Source: a virus
Lineage: Duplodnaviria > Caudoviricetes
IMG/VR virus record: IMGVR_UViG_3300011422_000004
Coordinates: 1 to 41,785 of that record
Strand: one strand, 5' to 3'
DNA: 41,785 nucleotides
Numbering within the stretch: the first letter of the stretch is position 1; the number at the start of each line of letters is the position of its first letter. The position numbers were made by a program, and so were the translations under genes. Shown in pieces: positions 16,434 through 24,871 of this stretch. The notes beneath the pieces were generated by a model, which was given only the letters and a program-made list of their open reading frames with translations, searched no databases and had not been told where the DNA came from.

Positions 16434-16508
16434 AGTATACCCAACTAGTTTGTATTATCAAGTACAATGTACAAAAAAGTTGAGAAATTGTTACTGCTCA
16501 GCTACACT
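16434..16508. promoter_or_regulatory. Divergent promoter pair
   Basis: Leftward TTGATA-16-TATACT (16461-16434); rightward TTGAGA-17-TACACT (16480-16508); AT-rich. Confidence 0.6.
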
Positions 16509-16550
16509 TTCTCAGAAGCGAAAAACGTATCTTTCTGAGGGAGACCAGCC

Positions 16551-16979
16551 GTGCCGGAACCGATTATTGGAGAGCGGATGCGTACGCTCCGCCAACGTCA
16601 AAACATCTCGCAAGCGGACCTGGCGCGTGCGCTTGGTGCGTCTATCAATGCGATTAACATGATCGAATGCGGTCAGGTCAAAGCGCCACATATTGAGCGT
16701 CTCATGGCGATGGCGGACTTGTTTGACGTCTCCCTGGATTATCTCGTCGGCCTCACGGATGATCCGACCCCGGTTGCGCGGCGCCGGACACCGGCTGGAG
16801 GCAGTGACCAGGGGCTCACCGTCGTTCCTACAGTCCTCCGCCATCAAGCCATGCCGCTCGTCTTTGGGCGCTGGAAGGACAAGGTTCCCCCAGATTTTGA
16901 CGCCCATTTTGACGAGCTCGACGAAGAGATCATCCGCCTGTTTGAGGGCGAGGACGAGGCGGATGCATCTGCTCGATAG
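16551..16979 (+). CDS. XRE HTH regulator fused to a VapB-like antitoxin tail
   Basis: N-terminal XRE (IGERMRTLRQRQNISQADLA...VSLDYLVG); C-terminal FGRWKDKVPPDFDAHFDELDEEIIRLFEG; overlaps the PIN gene. Confidence 0.75.
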   Translation: MPEPIIGERMRTLRQRQNISQADLARALGASINAINMIECGQVKAPHIERLMAMADLFDVSLDYLVGLTDDPTPVARRRTPAGGSDQGLTVVPTVLRHQAMPLVFGRWKDKVPPDFDAHFDELDEEIIRLFEGEDEADASAR

Positions 16980-17337
16980 TCACATCCTCCTGTGGATGCT
17001 CACCGATGACCAGCGGCTGAAGGCGTCTATCCGTGCCGCGCTCGTCCAGGCCGCCCCGCAGGTTTTTGTGAGTGCCGCGAGCGTCTGGGAGTTGAGCATC
17101 AAGCACGCGCTCGGGAAGTTACCCATGCCCGAGGACCTCGTCCAGGCGACGCTCGCGAGCGGGTTGCAGCCCCTGCCCATCACTATGCTGCACGCGCTCG
17201 CCGCTGGCGCCTTGCCGCCGCACCACCGCGATCCGTTCGACCGCATGCTCGTGGCGCAGGCGCAGATCGAGGGGTTGACGCTCGTGACGCACGATGCGCG
17301 TATGCGGCCTTATGACGTGGCGGTGCTGTGGGCGTAG
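16963..17337 (+). CDS. vapC: VapC/PIN-domain ribonuclease toxin
   Basis: LLDSHILLW...VSAASVWELSIK...HHRDPFDRMLVAQA..EGLTLVTHD; acidic tetrad intact. Confidence 0.92.
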   Translation: MHLLDSHILLWMLTDDQRLKASIRAALVQAAPQVFVSAASVWELSIKHALGKLPMPEDLVQATLASGLQPLPITMLHALAAGALPPHHRDPFDRMLVAQAQIEGLTLVTHDARMRPYDVAVLWA

Positions 17338-17358
17338 GAGAGGAGGAGGAGAGATGCG

Positions 17359-17574
17359 ATGGAGCTGAGCACCGACCCGATTCTGATAGGATCCATACTT
17401 CTCTACTTCCTCCCGGTTATTATCGCGGCGGTTCGGAACCACCACAACGGCTGGTCTATCCTGGTGGTCAATCTGTTCCTGGGTTGGACCATTGTGGGCT
17501 GGGTTGTCGCGCTGGCCTGGGCAGTCAGTGCCCTATCCCCCACGAAGCCTACCGCAGGAGACCAAGGGCTGTGA
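17359..17574 (+). CDS. Superinfection immunity protein (T4 Imm-like)
   Basis: LYFLPVIIA..R.H.N..SILVVNLFLGWTIVGWVVALAWA signature. Confidence 0.88.
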   Translation: MELSTDPILIGSILLYFLPVIIAAVRNHHNGWSILVVNLFLGWTIVGWVVALAWAVSALSPTKPTAGDQGL

Positions 17575-17706
17575 AGATGGATCACACCCTTTGCCCCATG
17601 CGCGATTGGGCGAAGCGCCAACCCGAAGGCGCCTCCCTTCGTTGGTGCGGCGCCTGCTCGCGGCGGAGCAGAGGCGGCGGGAGGGACGGGCGAAGGAGGC
17701 CAGCAC

Positions 17707-17955
17707 ATGACCGGCGAGCCATGCCCCGACACCCCCTGCGAACTCTGCGGCGACGTGACGCCTGGCGCGGCGCTGGTCGAGGACCCCGACCGCGGCTGGG
17801 ACGCGCTGTGCCCCGCGTGCTGGCAGCTGCAACAGCCGCCAGAGCCGCCACTGCTGTGGTCACGACGGACGCGGTCACGTCCACCGTGGCGCCCTGGTCT
17901 GGGGCGGCCGCGGCGCGGGCCGGGGCGCCCGGAGCGCGACGAGGAGGCGTGGTGA
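17707..17955 (+). CDS. Small zinc-ribbon hypothetical protein
   Basis: RBS AGGAGG; CELCG...LCPAC. Confidence 0.5.
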   Translation: MTGEPCPDTPCELCGDVTPGAALVEDPDRGWDALCPACWQLQQPPEPPLLWSRRTRSRPPWRPGLGRPRRGPGRPERDEEAW

Positions 17956-18056
17956 GGGCGGGGCAGCACGACGTGTGCGCCGGCGTGCTGCTGGCGCTGC
18001 TGTGCGTGGCGATGCTCGTCGGGGGGTACGGGGTGTTGCGGCTGATGGTGCGCTAG
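17952..18056 (+). CDS. Small membrane peptide
   Basis: GTGA overlap, RBS GAGGAGG; ...VCAGVLLALLCVAMLVGGYGVLRLMVR. Confidence 0.4.
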   Translation: MRAGQHDVCAGVLLALLCVAMLVGGYGVLRLMVR

Positions 18057-18080
18057 GGAAGGCCCCTGTCACAAGAACGC

Positions 18081-18132
18081 TTGACTATGTTAATTTTTTA
18101 CTCCATACTAGATGGAGTGATTTTTTAACATA
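18081..18132 (+). promoter_or_regulatory. Promoter overlapped by a long inverted repeat (autoregulatory operator)
   Basis: TTGACT-17-CATACT; TATGTTAA...ACTCCAT-ACTAG-ATGGAGT...TTAACATA. Confidence 0.7.
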
Positions 18133-18141
18133 GGAGTGTCT

Positions 18142-18753
18142 ATGTACGACATGGTCCCGACTCTGATCTATCGTGAACCTCATGCTGTTCACCGTCGCCT
18201 GGCAGAATTAGGCCTAACACTCGAAGGGCTGAACAAAGCGCGGCACGTCGCCCTTGGGGCGAGCACCGACGCGACTGACTTCCATCCGGCCAATGCTCCT
18301 GGCATGTTCGCCTACCTGCACGGCACATGGGCACTGCGGAACGAATTTTGCGGTGAGGTCTGGCAAAAAGATACGGAACATGGCGTTGAGGCAATCCGCA
18401 ACGATGCCGCGAAAGTCAAGGTGATGTTTGCGAATGTGGATATCGCCTGTAACGATGAGCAGCCACCCAAGCCGCGCTCGCGCAAAGGGGCGGGGTCTGA
18501 AAGAGCATGCCAGTGTAATCTCTTTGGTCTGCTGCCGCAGTATGCCCCGCAGCAACATGACATCTGGGCGACGTACTACTTGATGATGGATGCAGATGGT
18601 GTTGCAGAATTAACGCGTCCCATCATCAAAGGCAATACCTTCAGCTCCTATGTGGAACGTATCTATCTTCCCAAGCCTGACGAGATGGATGTGACTGACG
18701 GGAACACCGAGCATGATGTGGTGGAGATGGATCCTGTCGTCGTGCGGAAATAA
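18142..18753 (+). CDS. Putative toxin of a RosmerTA-like pair (RmrT-like)
   Basis: Lower GC; directly upstream of an HTH-zinc peptidase; ELTRP...VERIYL C-terminus. Confidence 0.55.
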   Translation: MYDMVPTLIYREPHAVHRRLAELGLTLEGLNKARHVALGASTDATDFHPANAPGMFAYLHGTWALRNEFCGEVWQKDTEHGVEAIRNDAAKVKVMFANVDIACNDEQPPKPRSRKGAGSERACQCNLFGLLPQYAPQQHDIWATYYLMMDADGVAELTRPIIKGNTFSSYVERIYLPKPDEMDVTDGNTEHDVVEMDPVVVRK

Positions 18754-18765
18754 CAGGGGGCGCGC

Positions 18766-19848
18766 ATGTTCAATGCGAAGCGCTTGTGTCTCGCCAGACA
18801 GCGACGACGATTGACGGCAAAAGCCCTTGCTGAAGCTGCTGGGCTCTCGCACGTCACGATCTCACGATTAGAAAATGGGGAAAACACGCCAGATGAGGAT
18901 ACCGTCGCCAAATTGGCGAACGCTATGGGCTACCCTCGCACGTTTTTCTTTCAAGAAGATCCCGAGTCGATCGATGTCCGTGCGGTGAGTTTCCGCAGCC
19001 TGTCAAAAATGAGCGCGAAAGAACGCGATGCCGCTCTCGCCTCTGGGCTTCTTGGGTTAGAAGTGGCGGCGTGGCTTGAAGAACGCTTCTGTTTACCCAC
19101 GCCTGATCTCCTCGATTTGAGTTATGAGACGGACCCCGAGATCGCTGCACGGACACTGAGGCAGCACTGGGCCATAGGAGAAAAACCTATCGGCCATATC
19201 ATTTCCTTCCTGGAAGCGAAGGGCGTGCGCGTGTTTTCGCTCGCAGAAAATACCGCCGATGTTGATGCCTATTCCTTCTGGAGAGACGATAAGCCTTATA
19301 TGTTTCTGAATAATTTCAAAACGCCAGAACGTAGTGTCATGGACGCAGCACATGAACTTGGCCATCTCGTGCTGCATAAACATAGTGGAACACAGCCGGA
19401 GACGGACCTCAGTCGTGCGGCTGAGCGTGAAGCCGATCAATTTGCCTCTGCCTTTTTAATGCCCCAGCACGATCTGAAAGCGCAGATGCCTCGCCGGGTG
19501 ACTATGGCAAAGATTCTTCAGGCGAAAGCCCGATGGCGCGTCTCTGCGCTGGCCCTGGCCTATCGGCTCCATACGATAGGTCATCTGACCGATTGGCAAT
19601 ACAAATCCGTCTGTATAGAGCTAGGGAGGCGTGGGTTTCGCACAGGAGAACCAGGTGGGATGGCGCGAGAGACTTCTGCAGTGTGGCCGAAGGTGCTAAC
19701 ACAGTTGTGGGTTGAGCGTACCACCAAAGCAGGAATGGCTGAAAGCTTACATCTACCGCTGGATGAACTCGAGAGTTTAATATGGGGACTCACCGACACT
19801 CACCAGCCAAGTGAGAACAAGTGCCGTGTGCTGTCTCTTCTGAAATAG
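18766..19848 (+). CDS. XRE-HTH + ImmA/IrrE-family zinc metallopeptidase (RmrA-like)
   Basis: N-terminal HTH; DAYS...AAHELGHLVLH (HExxH); EREADQFASAFLMP. Confidence 0.9.
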   Translation: MFNAKRLCLARQRRRLTAKALAEAAGLSHVTISRLENGENTPDEDTVAKLANAMGYPRTFFFQEDPESIDVRAVSFRSLSKMSAKERDAALASGLLGLEVAAWLEERFCLPTPDLLDLSYETDPEIAARTLRQHWAIGEKPIGHIISFLEAKGVRVFSLAENTADVDAYSFWRDDKPYMFLNNFKTPERSVMDAAHELGHLVLHKHSGTQPETDLSRAAEREADQFASAFLMPQHDLKAQMPRRVTMAKILQAKARWRVSALALAYRLHTIGHLTDWQYKSVCIELGRRGFRTGEPGGMARETSAVWPKVLTQLWVERTTKAGMAESLHLPLDELESLIWGLTDTHQPSENKCRVLSLLK

Positions 19849-19914
19849 AGCCGTCTCTTTCTCCCCCGCCCCCCGCGCCGCACGCGCGAAACGTCCGCCG
19901 CTGGGCGCGTGCCC

Positions 19915-19943
19915 TTGACACCCCGCGCTGCGCTTGGCATGCT
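19915..19943 (+). promoter_or_regulatory. Promoter upstream of terminase
   Basis: TTGACA-17-CATGCT. Confidence 0.55.
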
Positions 19944-19963
19944 CCTGCGTGAGGAGGATGGCC

Positions 19964-20413
19964 ATGCCCAAGCCCGCACCGAGCGCCTTATTTCCCACAA
20001 TTTCCCATCCTAAAAAAAGAGCCTTCTTGCTCGCCTATGCGGAGCAGGGCAAACTCCGCTCGGCCTGTGTCTCTGCCGCCATTGATCACAAATTGCACTA
20101 CTACTGGAAGCGTACTGATCCGGATTACGCCGCCGCCTATGCCGAGGCGCAACAGATGGCGGGCGAACTCCTCGAAGAGGAAGCGATGCGGCGCGCACTC
20201 GGCTGGGAAGAGACGCACTACACGGCCCAAGGCATGCCCTATGAGGTGACCAAACACAGCGATACGCTCCTGATCTTTCTCCTCAAGGGCGCCATGCCGA
20301 AGAAGTACGGCGACAAGGTGACCCATACCGGCAAAGACGGCGGTCCCATCGACGTGCGCGGCCTGGCCGATCTCCTCACCCACGCCAGAAACGGCAGCCA
20401 TGCCGACGACTAA
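19964..20413 (+). CDS. terS: Terminase small subunit
   Basis: KKRAFL...AC..A.I....HYYW...DPDY...LEEEAMRRA...SDTLLIFLLKG; immediately precedes terL. Confidence 0.8.
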   Translation: MPKPAPSALFPTISHPKKRAFLLAYAEQGKLRSACVSAAIDHKLHYYWKRTDPDYAAAYAEAQQMAGELLEEEAMRRALGWEETHYTAQGMPYEVTKHSDTLLIFLLKGAMPKKYGDKVTHTGKDGGPIDVRGLADLLTHARNGSHADD

Positions 20414-21851
20414 ACCCAGGCTCCAGCCGTCGCCCCTCGCCGCGTACCTGGAGCTCCGCACGCTCTGGCGCGACGCGCCCCTGCTCTACGTGCGCCAGCG
20501 CTTCGGGGTCGAACCGTCCTCGCAGCAGCGCCAGATTCTCGACGCGATCCTGCCCCCAGGCGCGAAAGTGTCCGTCCGCTCCGGCCATCTCACCGGCAAA
20601 TCGAGCAGTGCCTCGTGGATCATTTACTGGTTCCTTGAAACCCACGACTATGCCAAAATCCCCTGCACCGCCCCCACCGCGCATCAACTCGCCGACGTGC
20701 TCTGGGGTGAGCTCCGCAAGTGGCAACGCGCCGCCGATGACGCCAGCGCCCGCCGGGGTGATCCGCCGTATCTGTGGCTCTCGAACCTCTTTACCCTCAA
20801 GATGGATAGCCTCTATGACCCTGGCGCGCGCGATTGGGCCGCCCTCGCTCGCACCGCCCGTCCCGAAAACCCCGACGCCCTGCAGGGCTTTCACGCCGAG
20901 CATCTCCTCTACGTGCTCGATGAAGCCTCGGGCATCCCGGAAGCCATCTTCGAGGTCGCGGAAGGCGCGATCGCTGGCAAGCACAACCGCCTCCTCATGC
21001 TCGGCAACCCCACCAAAACCAGCGGCACGTTCTACCAGTCGCACCATAAAGACCGTGGCGCGTATACGACGATTCATCTCCGCTCTGCAGAGAGTACCCT
21101 CCCGACTGCGGACCCGGACTACCGCAACCGCCTGGTCCGGAAGTGGGGCGAAGACTCGAACGTCGTCCGCGTGCGTGCCGACGGCGAGTTTCCCAAGCAA
21201 GAAGATGACATCCTCATCGCGCTCGAACTCACCGAACCCTGCACGACCCGGGAGCAGGTCGCCGGCGTCGGGCCGCGCAAGCTCGGGGTGGATGTGGCGC
21301 GGTTCGGCGCGGACCGCACCGCCCTGGTGCTGCGTCAGGGCCGCGTGGTCGACCACATCGCCATCTATGCGCGGCAAGACACCATGGTCACCGTGGGGCG
21401 CGTCGTGTCCGTGCTGGATGCCTGGCAGGTGGACGAAATCGACGTGGACGTGATCGGCCTGGGCGCGGGCGTGTATGATCGGTTGGCAGAGCTGAAAGCG
21501 CAGGGGAAGATCGCCGCACGCGTCGTTGCCGTGAACGTCTCCAACGACCCGCCGGTGCAGCCGCGCAAGGGGGAGCCGCGCCCGCGCCTCATGCGTGACT
21601 ACCTGTGGCTGGAGATGGCGCGCTGGTTGCGTGAAGAGGAACCGGTCTTTCGTGCGGACGAGCGCGAGGCCTGCGAGGACCTGGCGGGCGAGCTCGCCAG
21701 CGTACGCTACCGCCTCGATAGCGAAGGGTGTATAGTGGTCGAGGACAAGGACGGCATGAAACGGCGCCTGGGGCATAGTCCGGATCTCGCCGATGGGCTG
21801 GGCTGTACGTTTGTCCCGGGCGAGACGGGACGCCGCATACGCGCCTGGTGA
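20400..21851 (+). CDS. terL: Terminase large subunit
   Basis: Walker A SGHLTGKS, Walker B YVLDEA, LGNP, nuclease motifs GVDVARFGAD and SPDLAD. Confidence 0.95.
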   Translation: MPTTKPRLQPSPLAAYLELRTLWRDAPLLYVRQRFGVEPSSQQRQILDAILPPGAKVSVRSGHLTGKSSSASWIIYWFLETHDYAKIPCTAPTAHQLADVLWGELRKWQRAADDASARRGDPPYLWLSNLFTLKMDSLYDPGARDWAALARTARPENPDALQGFHAEHLLYVLDEASGIPEAIFEVAEGAIAGKHNRLLMLGNPTKTSGTFYQSHHKDRGAYTTIHLRSAESTLPTADPDYRNRLVRKWGEDSNVVRVRADGEFPKQEDDILIALELTEPCTTREQVAGVGPRKLGVDVARFGADRTALVLRQGRVVDHIAIYARQDTMVTVGRVVSVLDAWQVDEIDVDVIGLGAGVYDRLAELKAQGKIAARVVAVNVSNDPPVQPRKGEPRPRLMRDYLWLEMARWLREEEPVFRADEREACEDLAGELASVRYRLDSEGCIVVEDKDGMKRRLGHSPDLADGLGCTFVPGETGRRIRAW

Positions 21852-21860
21852 GGAGAGACG

Positions 21861-22223
21861 ATGTTTTCACCACAGACAGCCGCAGAGTTTGACGCCTGGC
21901 TGGCGCTCAATCGCTACCCTTACGGCAAACGGTTGGCGGACGGGCGAATTATCACGGTCAACCCGATGGCGTTCCATACCAGGCTCCAGGTGAGCCAGGC
22001 CGGAGACTATTTCGGCTATGCGCAAGGCTGGGACTATCCCGGCACACACCGGGCCATCCTTGCCGCTGTGGGGTGGGATGGTGCCGGCGATCCCCCGGAC
22101 GGCTGGGAACGGCATATCCCCTCGAACCGTTACCGGCCTGACGGTGACCCAGCGCGCGAGTGTCTCTGGCTTGACGATATCGCGGTTGATCCGGTCACCC
22201 TAGAGCCCATTGACCAGAGGTAA
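21861..22223 (+). CDS. Hypothetical protein inserted between terL and portal
   Basis: RBS GAGGAG; WDGAGDPPDGWERH....RYRPDGD. Confidence 0.7.
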   Translation: MFSPQTAAEFDAWLALNRYPYGKRLADGRIITVNPMAFHTRLQVSQAGDYFGYAQGWDYPGTHRAILAAVGWDGAGDPPDGWERHIPSNRYRPDGDPARECLWLDDIAVDPVTLEPIDQR

Positions 22224-22235
22224 GGGAAAGAGACC

Positions 22236-23597
22236 ATGTCCGAGACCAACGGCCACACCCTCACCCCCGACGCCCCCGGTCTCCTGCGCCAGTTCGCCGC
22301 CGCCACGGCGCGCACGCTGCGCGAGGCCTTCACCCCGTGGCAACTCGCACCACGCCGTAACCTGGCGCATATCCTGGGCTACAAGCCCGAGCTGGAGTAC
22401 GCCGACTATAAAGCGTGCTACGAACGGCGCGACCTGGCGCATCGCCTGATCCGCGCCTACCCGGAGGCGACGTGGAGCCAGCCGCCGACCGTGCAGGAAG
22501 ACGACCAGGACGACGTCGAGACACCCTTCGAAGTCGCCTGGCTCTCTCTCGTCATGCGTCTGGGCGTCTACGCCAGGCTGGTGCGCACGGACGTGCTCGC
22601 CAACCTGGGCCAGTACAGCGTGCTGCTCATCGGCCTGCGCGGGCAGCCCGACCTGGCAGCGCCGGCCAGGCCGGTGCGCAGTCCGGACGACGTGCTCTTT
22701 CTGGCGCCCTACAGCGAGGAGTTTGCGGAGATTGAGGCCTTCGAGACCAACCCCGCCTCCCCGCTCTTTGGGCAGCCGTCTCTGTACAAGATCAATTTCA
22801 ACCGCCAGACCACGTCTTCCTCCCGCACACTCCCGCGTAAGATCGGGTTCGTGCACGCCAGCCGCGTGCTGCACGTGGCGGAAGATTGCCTCGACGATGA
22901 CGTGTACGGCATTCCACGGCTCAAGCCGGTGTTTGACCGCCTGGAGGACCTGCTCAAGGTCGTCGGGGGCAGTGCGGAGTTCTTCTGGCGCGGCGCGAGT
23001 CGCTTGATCGGGCTTGAGGGCCGTGACGACTATCAACTCCAGGCGGGGGACGAGGAGGTCTTCAAGCAGGCCATCGAGGAGTTTCAGTATCGCTTGAAGG
23101 ACTATATCCGCGTCGAAGGCGCCACGATCAAAGAACTCAGCGGCCAGGCGGCGAGCCCGCGCGATCATTTTGACGTGCTGATCGACCTGATCGCGGGCAC
23201 GACGGGCATTCCCAAGCGCATCCTGACGGGTTCAGAGCGTGGGGAGCTCGCCAGTACACAAGACCAGGAAGCGTGGCTGCAGCGTATCTCGCGCCGTCAG
23301 ACGACGTTTGCGGAACAGAGCCTGCTCCGGCCGCTGATTGACCGGCTGCTGCTGCTGGGGGCCCTCCCTGCGCCGGCGCAGCCGTACACGGTCGTGTGGG
23401 AGAACCTCTTTGCCCTTTCAACGGCCAAACAAGCCGAGGTGGCGCAGCACGTCGCGACCGCGCTCAATCAATACGCTGGGCAGGGGATGGCGTCCACGGT
23501 GGTGCCAGAACCCGAATTTCGCAACGTGTATCTGGGCTTGCCGCCAGAGTCAGACTATGCCCTCCCGGACGCCCTGCCGGATGACGAGGACCTCTAG
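22236..23597 (+). CDS. Portal protein (DUF1073-like)
   Basis: Position after terL; VHASRVLH, YGIPRL, IPKRILTGSERGELASTQD. Confidence 0.88.
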   Translation: MSETNGHTLTPDAPGLLRQFAAATARTLREAFTPWQLAPRRNLAHILGYKPELEYADYKACYERRDLAHRLIRAYPEATWSQPPTVQEDDQDDVETPFEVAWLSLVMRLGVYARLVRTDVLANLGQYSVLLIGLRGQPDLAAPARPVRSPDDVLFLAPYSEEFAEIEAFETNPASPLFGQPSLYKINFNRQTTSSSRTLPRKIGFVHASRVLHVAEDCLDDDVYGIPRLKPVFDRLEDLLKVVGGSAEFFWRGASRLIGLEGRDDYQLQAGDEEVFKQAIEEFQYRLKDYIRVEGATIKELSGQAASPRDHFDVLIDLIAGTTGIPKRILTGSERGELASTQDQEAWLQRISRRQTTFAEQSLLRPLIDRLLLLGALPAPAQPYTVVWENLFALSTAKQAEVAQHVATALNQYAGQGMASTVVPEPEFRNVYLGLPPESDYALPDALPDDEDL

Positions 23598-23600
23598 CCT

Positions 23601-24548
23601 ATGCCCCTCACTATCCTCGTCGCCGCGCGCCCCGCGCAACGCCGCTTCGTCGACACCCCATCGCGCGTCGAAGCGTGGCAGCTCCTGCACCGCGAAGCCG
23701 ACCGCGCCTACCCGCAGCTCCGGACCGTCTGGGCGACCGTGTTCGCCGATTACCGCGCCGACCTCGACACGGACGCCATGCGCGCCGCGCTGCGCAGCGG
23801 GAATCTCCTGGACGTCGAGCGCCTCATCGCGCCGGCCTGGCGCACGGTCAGTGACGCGGTGCGGCTGCCGCTCGAACTCCTCTTGCGCGAGACGGCAAGC
23901 CGCGGCGCGGAGGCGGTGCTCCCAGCCACGGAAGCCACACTAGGGGCCCAGGTCTCGGTGCAGTTCGGGCGGGTCGTCCCCGAAGCCCTTACGGCTATCG
24001 AGACCTACGCGGGCACACAGATCCAGGGCATTGGCGACACGACGCTGCGGAACGTGCGCGCGGTCATTCGGAGCGGGTTCGAGGACGGCCGCAGTATGAC
24101 CCAGATGATGCGCGATCTCGAATCCTTCGTCGGCCTGACGCCGCGCCAGACGGAGGCCCTAGAGGCCCTACGCCAGCGCCTGCTGGACGCCGGCAAGACA
24201 CGAGCGCAGGCGCAGCAAGCCGTGGACCGGGCGGCGAGGCGGGCGCTGCAGCTGCGGGTGGAGAACATTGCACGGACGGAAAGCATCTGGGCGAGCCTCG
24301 AAGGCCAGGCCCAACTCTGGCAGGACGCCGCGCGGCAAGGCACGCTCGATCCGGCGCGCTTTCGGAGGACCTGGCTGGTCACGCCGGACGATCGGCTCTG
24401 TCAGACCACCTGTGCGCCGATTCCCGGGATGAACCCAAACGGTGTCGGGTTGTACGAGCCGTTTCAGACGCCGGTCGGGCCGGTCATGCATCCACCCGCG
24501 CACCCGATGTGCCGGTGTGCCGTGAATGGGAGGGTGAGCGATGCCTGA
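23601..24548 (+). CDS. Minor head/morphogenesis protein (Mu gpF-like)
   Basis: IARTE...W...DDRLC...C...PPAHPMCRC. Confidence 0.88.
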   Translation: MPLTILVAARPAQRRFVDTPSRVEAWQLLHREADRAYPQLRTVWATVFADYRADLDTDAMRAALRSGNLLDVERLIAPAWRTVSDAVRLPLELLLRETASRGAEAVLPATEATLGAQVSVQFGRVVPEALTAIETYAGTQIQGIGDTTLRNVRAVIRSGFEDGRSMTQMMRDLESFVGLTPRQTEALEALRQRLLDAGKTRAQAQQAVDRAARRALQLRVENIARTESIWASLEGQAQLWQDAARQGTLDPARFRRTWLVTPDDRLCQTTCAPIPGMNPNGVGLYEPFQTPVGPVMHPPAHPMCRCAVNGRVSDA

Positions 24549-24756
24549 ACGTTCGGCGACCGCGCTGCTTGGGATCCTCCAGCGCCATGGCGTCACACGC
24601 GACGTCCTCGAAGTGTGGGTGCACTTTTGCGAAGCGCGCAAGACAGGCGTCGTCACGTACCATCATGTCAACGGGAAGGTCGAGATGGTCGAGGTGTCGC
24701 ACAAGAGCCGGGTGAGCGAGACGGGCAATGGGCTTGACAAAGACGTAGCACTCTGA
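24541..24756 (+). CDS. Small protein, DUF2292/YezD-like
   Basis: GVVTYHHVNGKVEMVE resembles the G-x-V-x-I-xx-x-D-G-K-V-xx-I-E pattern (family match from memory). Confidence 0.5.
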   Translation: MPERSATALLGILQRHGVTRDVLEVWVHFCEARKTGVVTYHHVNGKVEMVEVSHKSRVSETGNGLDKDVAL

Positions 24757-24763
24757 CGATACT
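24734..24763 (+). promoter_or_regulatory. Promoter upstream of head genes
   Basis: TTGACA-18-GATACT. Confidence 0.55.
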
Positions 24764-24812
24764 GTAGCATCGATTGCTGGTGCGTCCAGCACCAAGCGGG
24801 CCAATCTACAGG

Positions 24813-24858
24813 AAGCCCCATGGAGAGAGGTGTCCCTCTCTGCTATGGGGCTTTTTTT
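24813..24858 (+). terminator. Intrinsic terminator in the head-gene leader
   Basis: AGCCCCATGGAGAGAGG-TGTC-CCTCTCTGCTATGGGGCT followed by a T run. Confidence 0.8.
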
Positions 24859-24871
24859 GTTGGAGCACGTG

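Noticed and set aside
22236-23597. Anti-CBASS Acb1 (a label sometimes attached to this family)
   Set aside because: Size and position between terL and the minor head gene indicate a portal; no phosphoesterase HxT motif pair was noticed.
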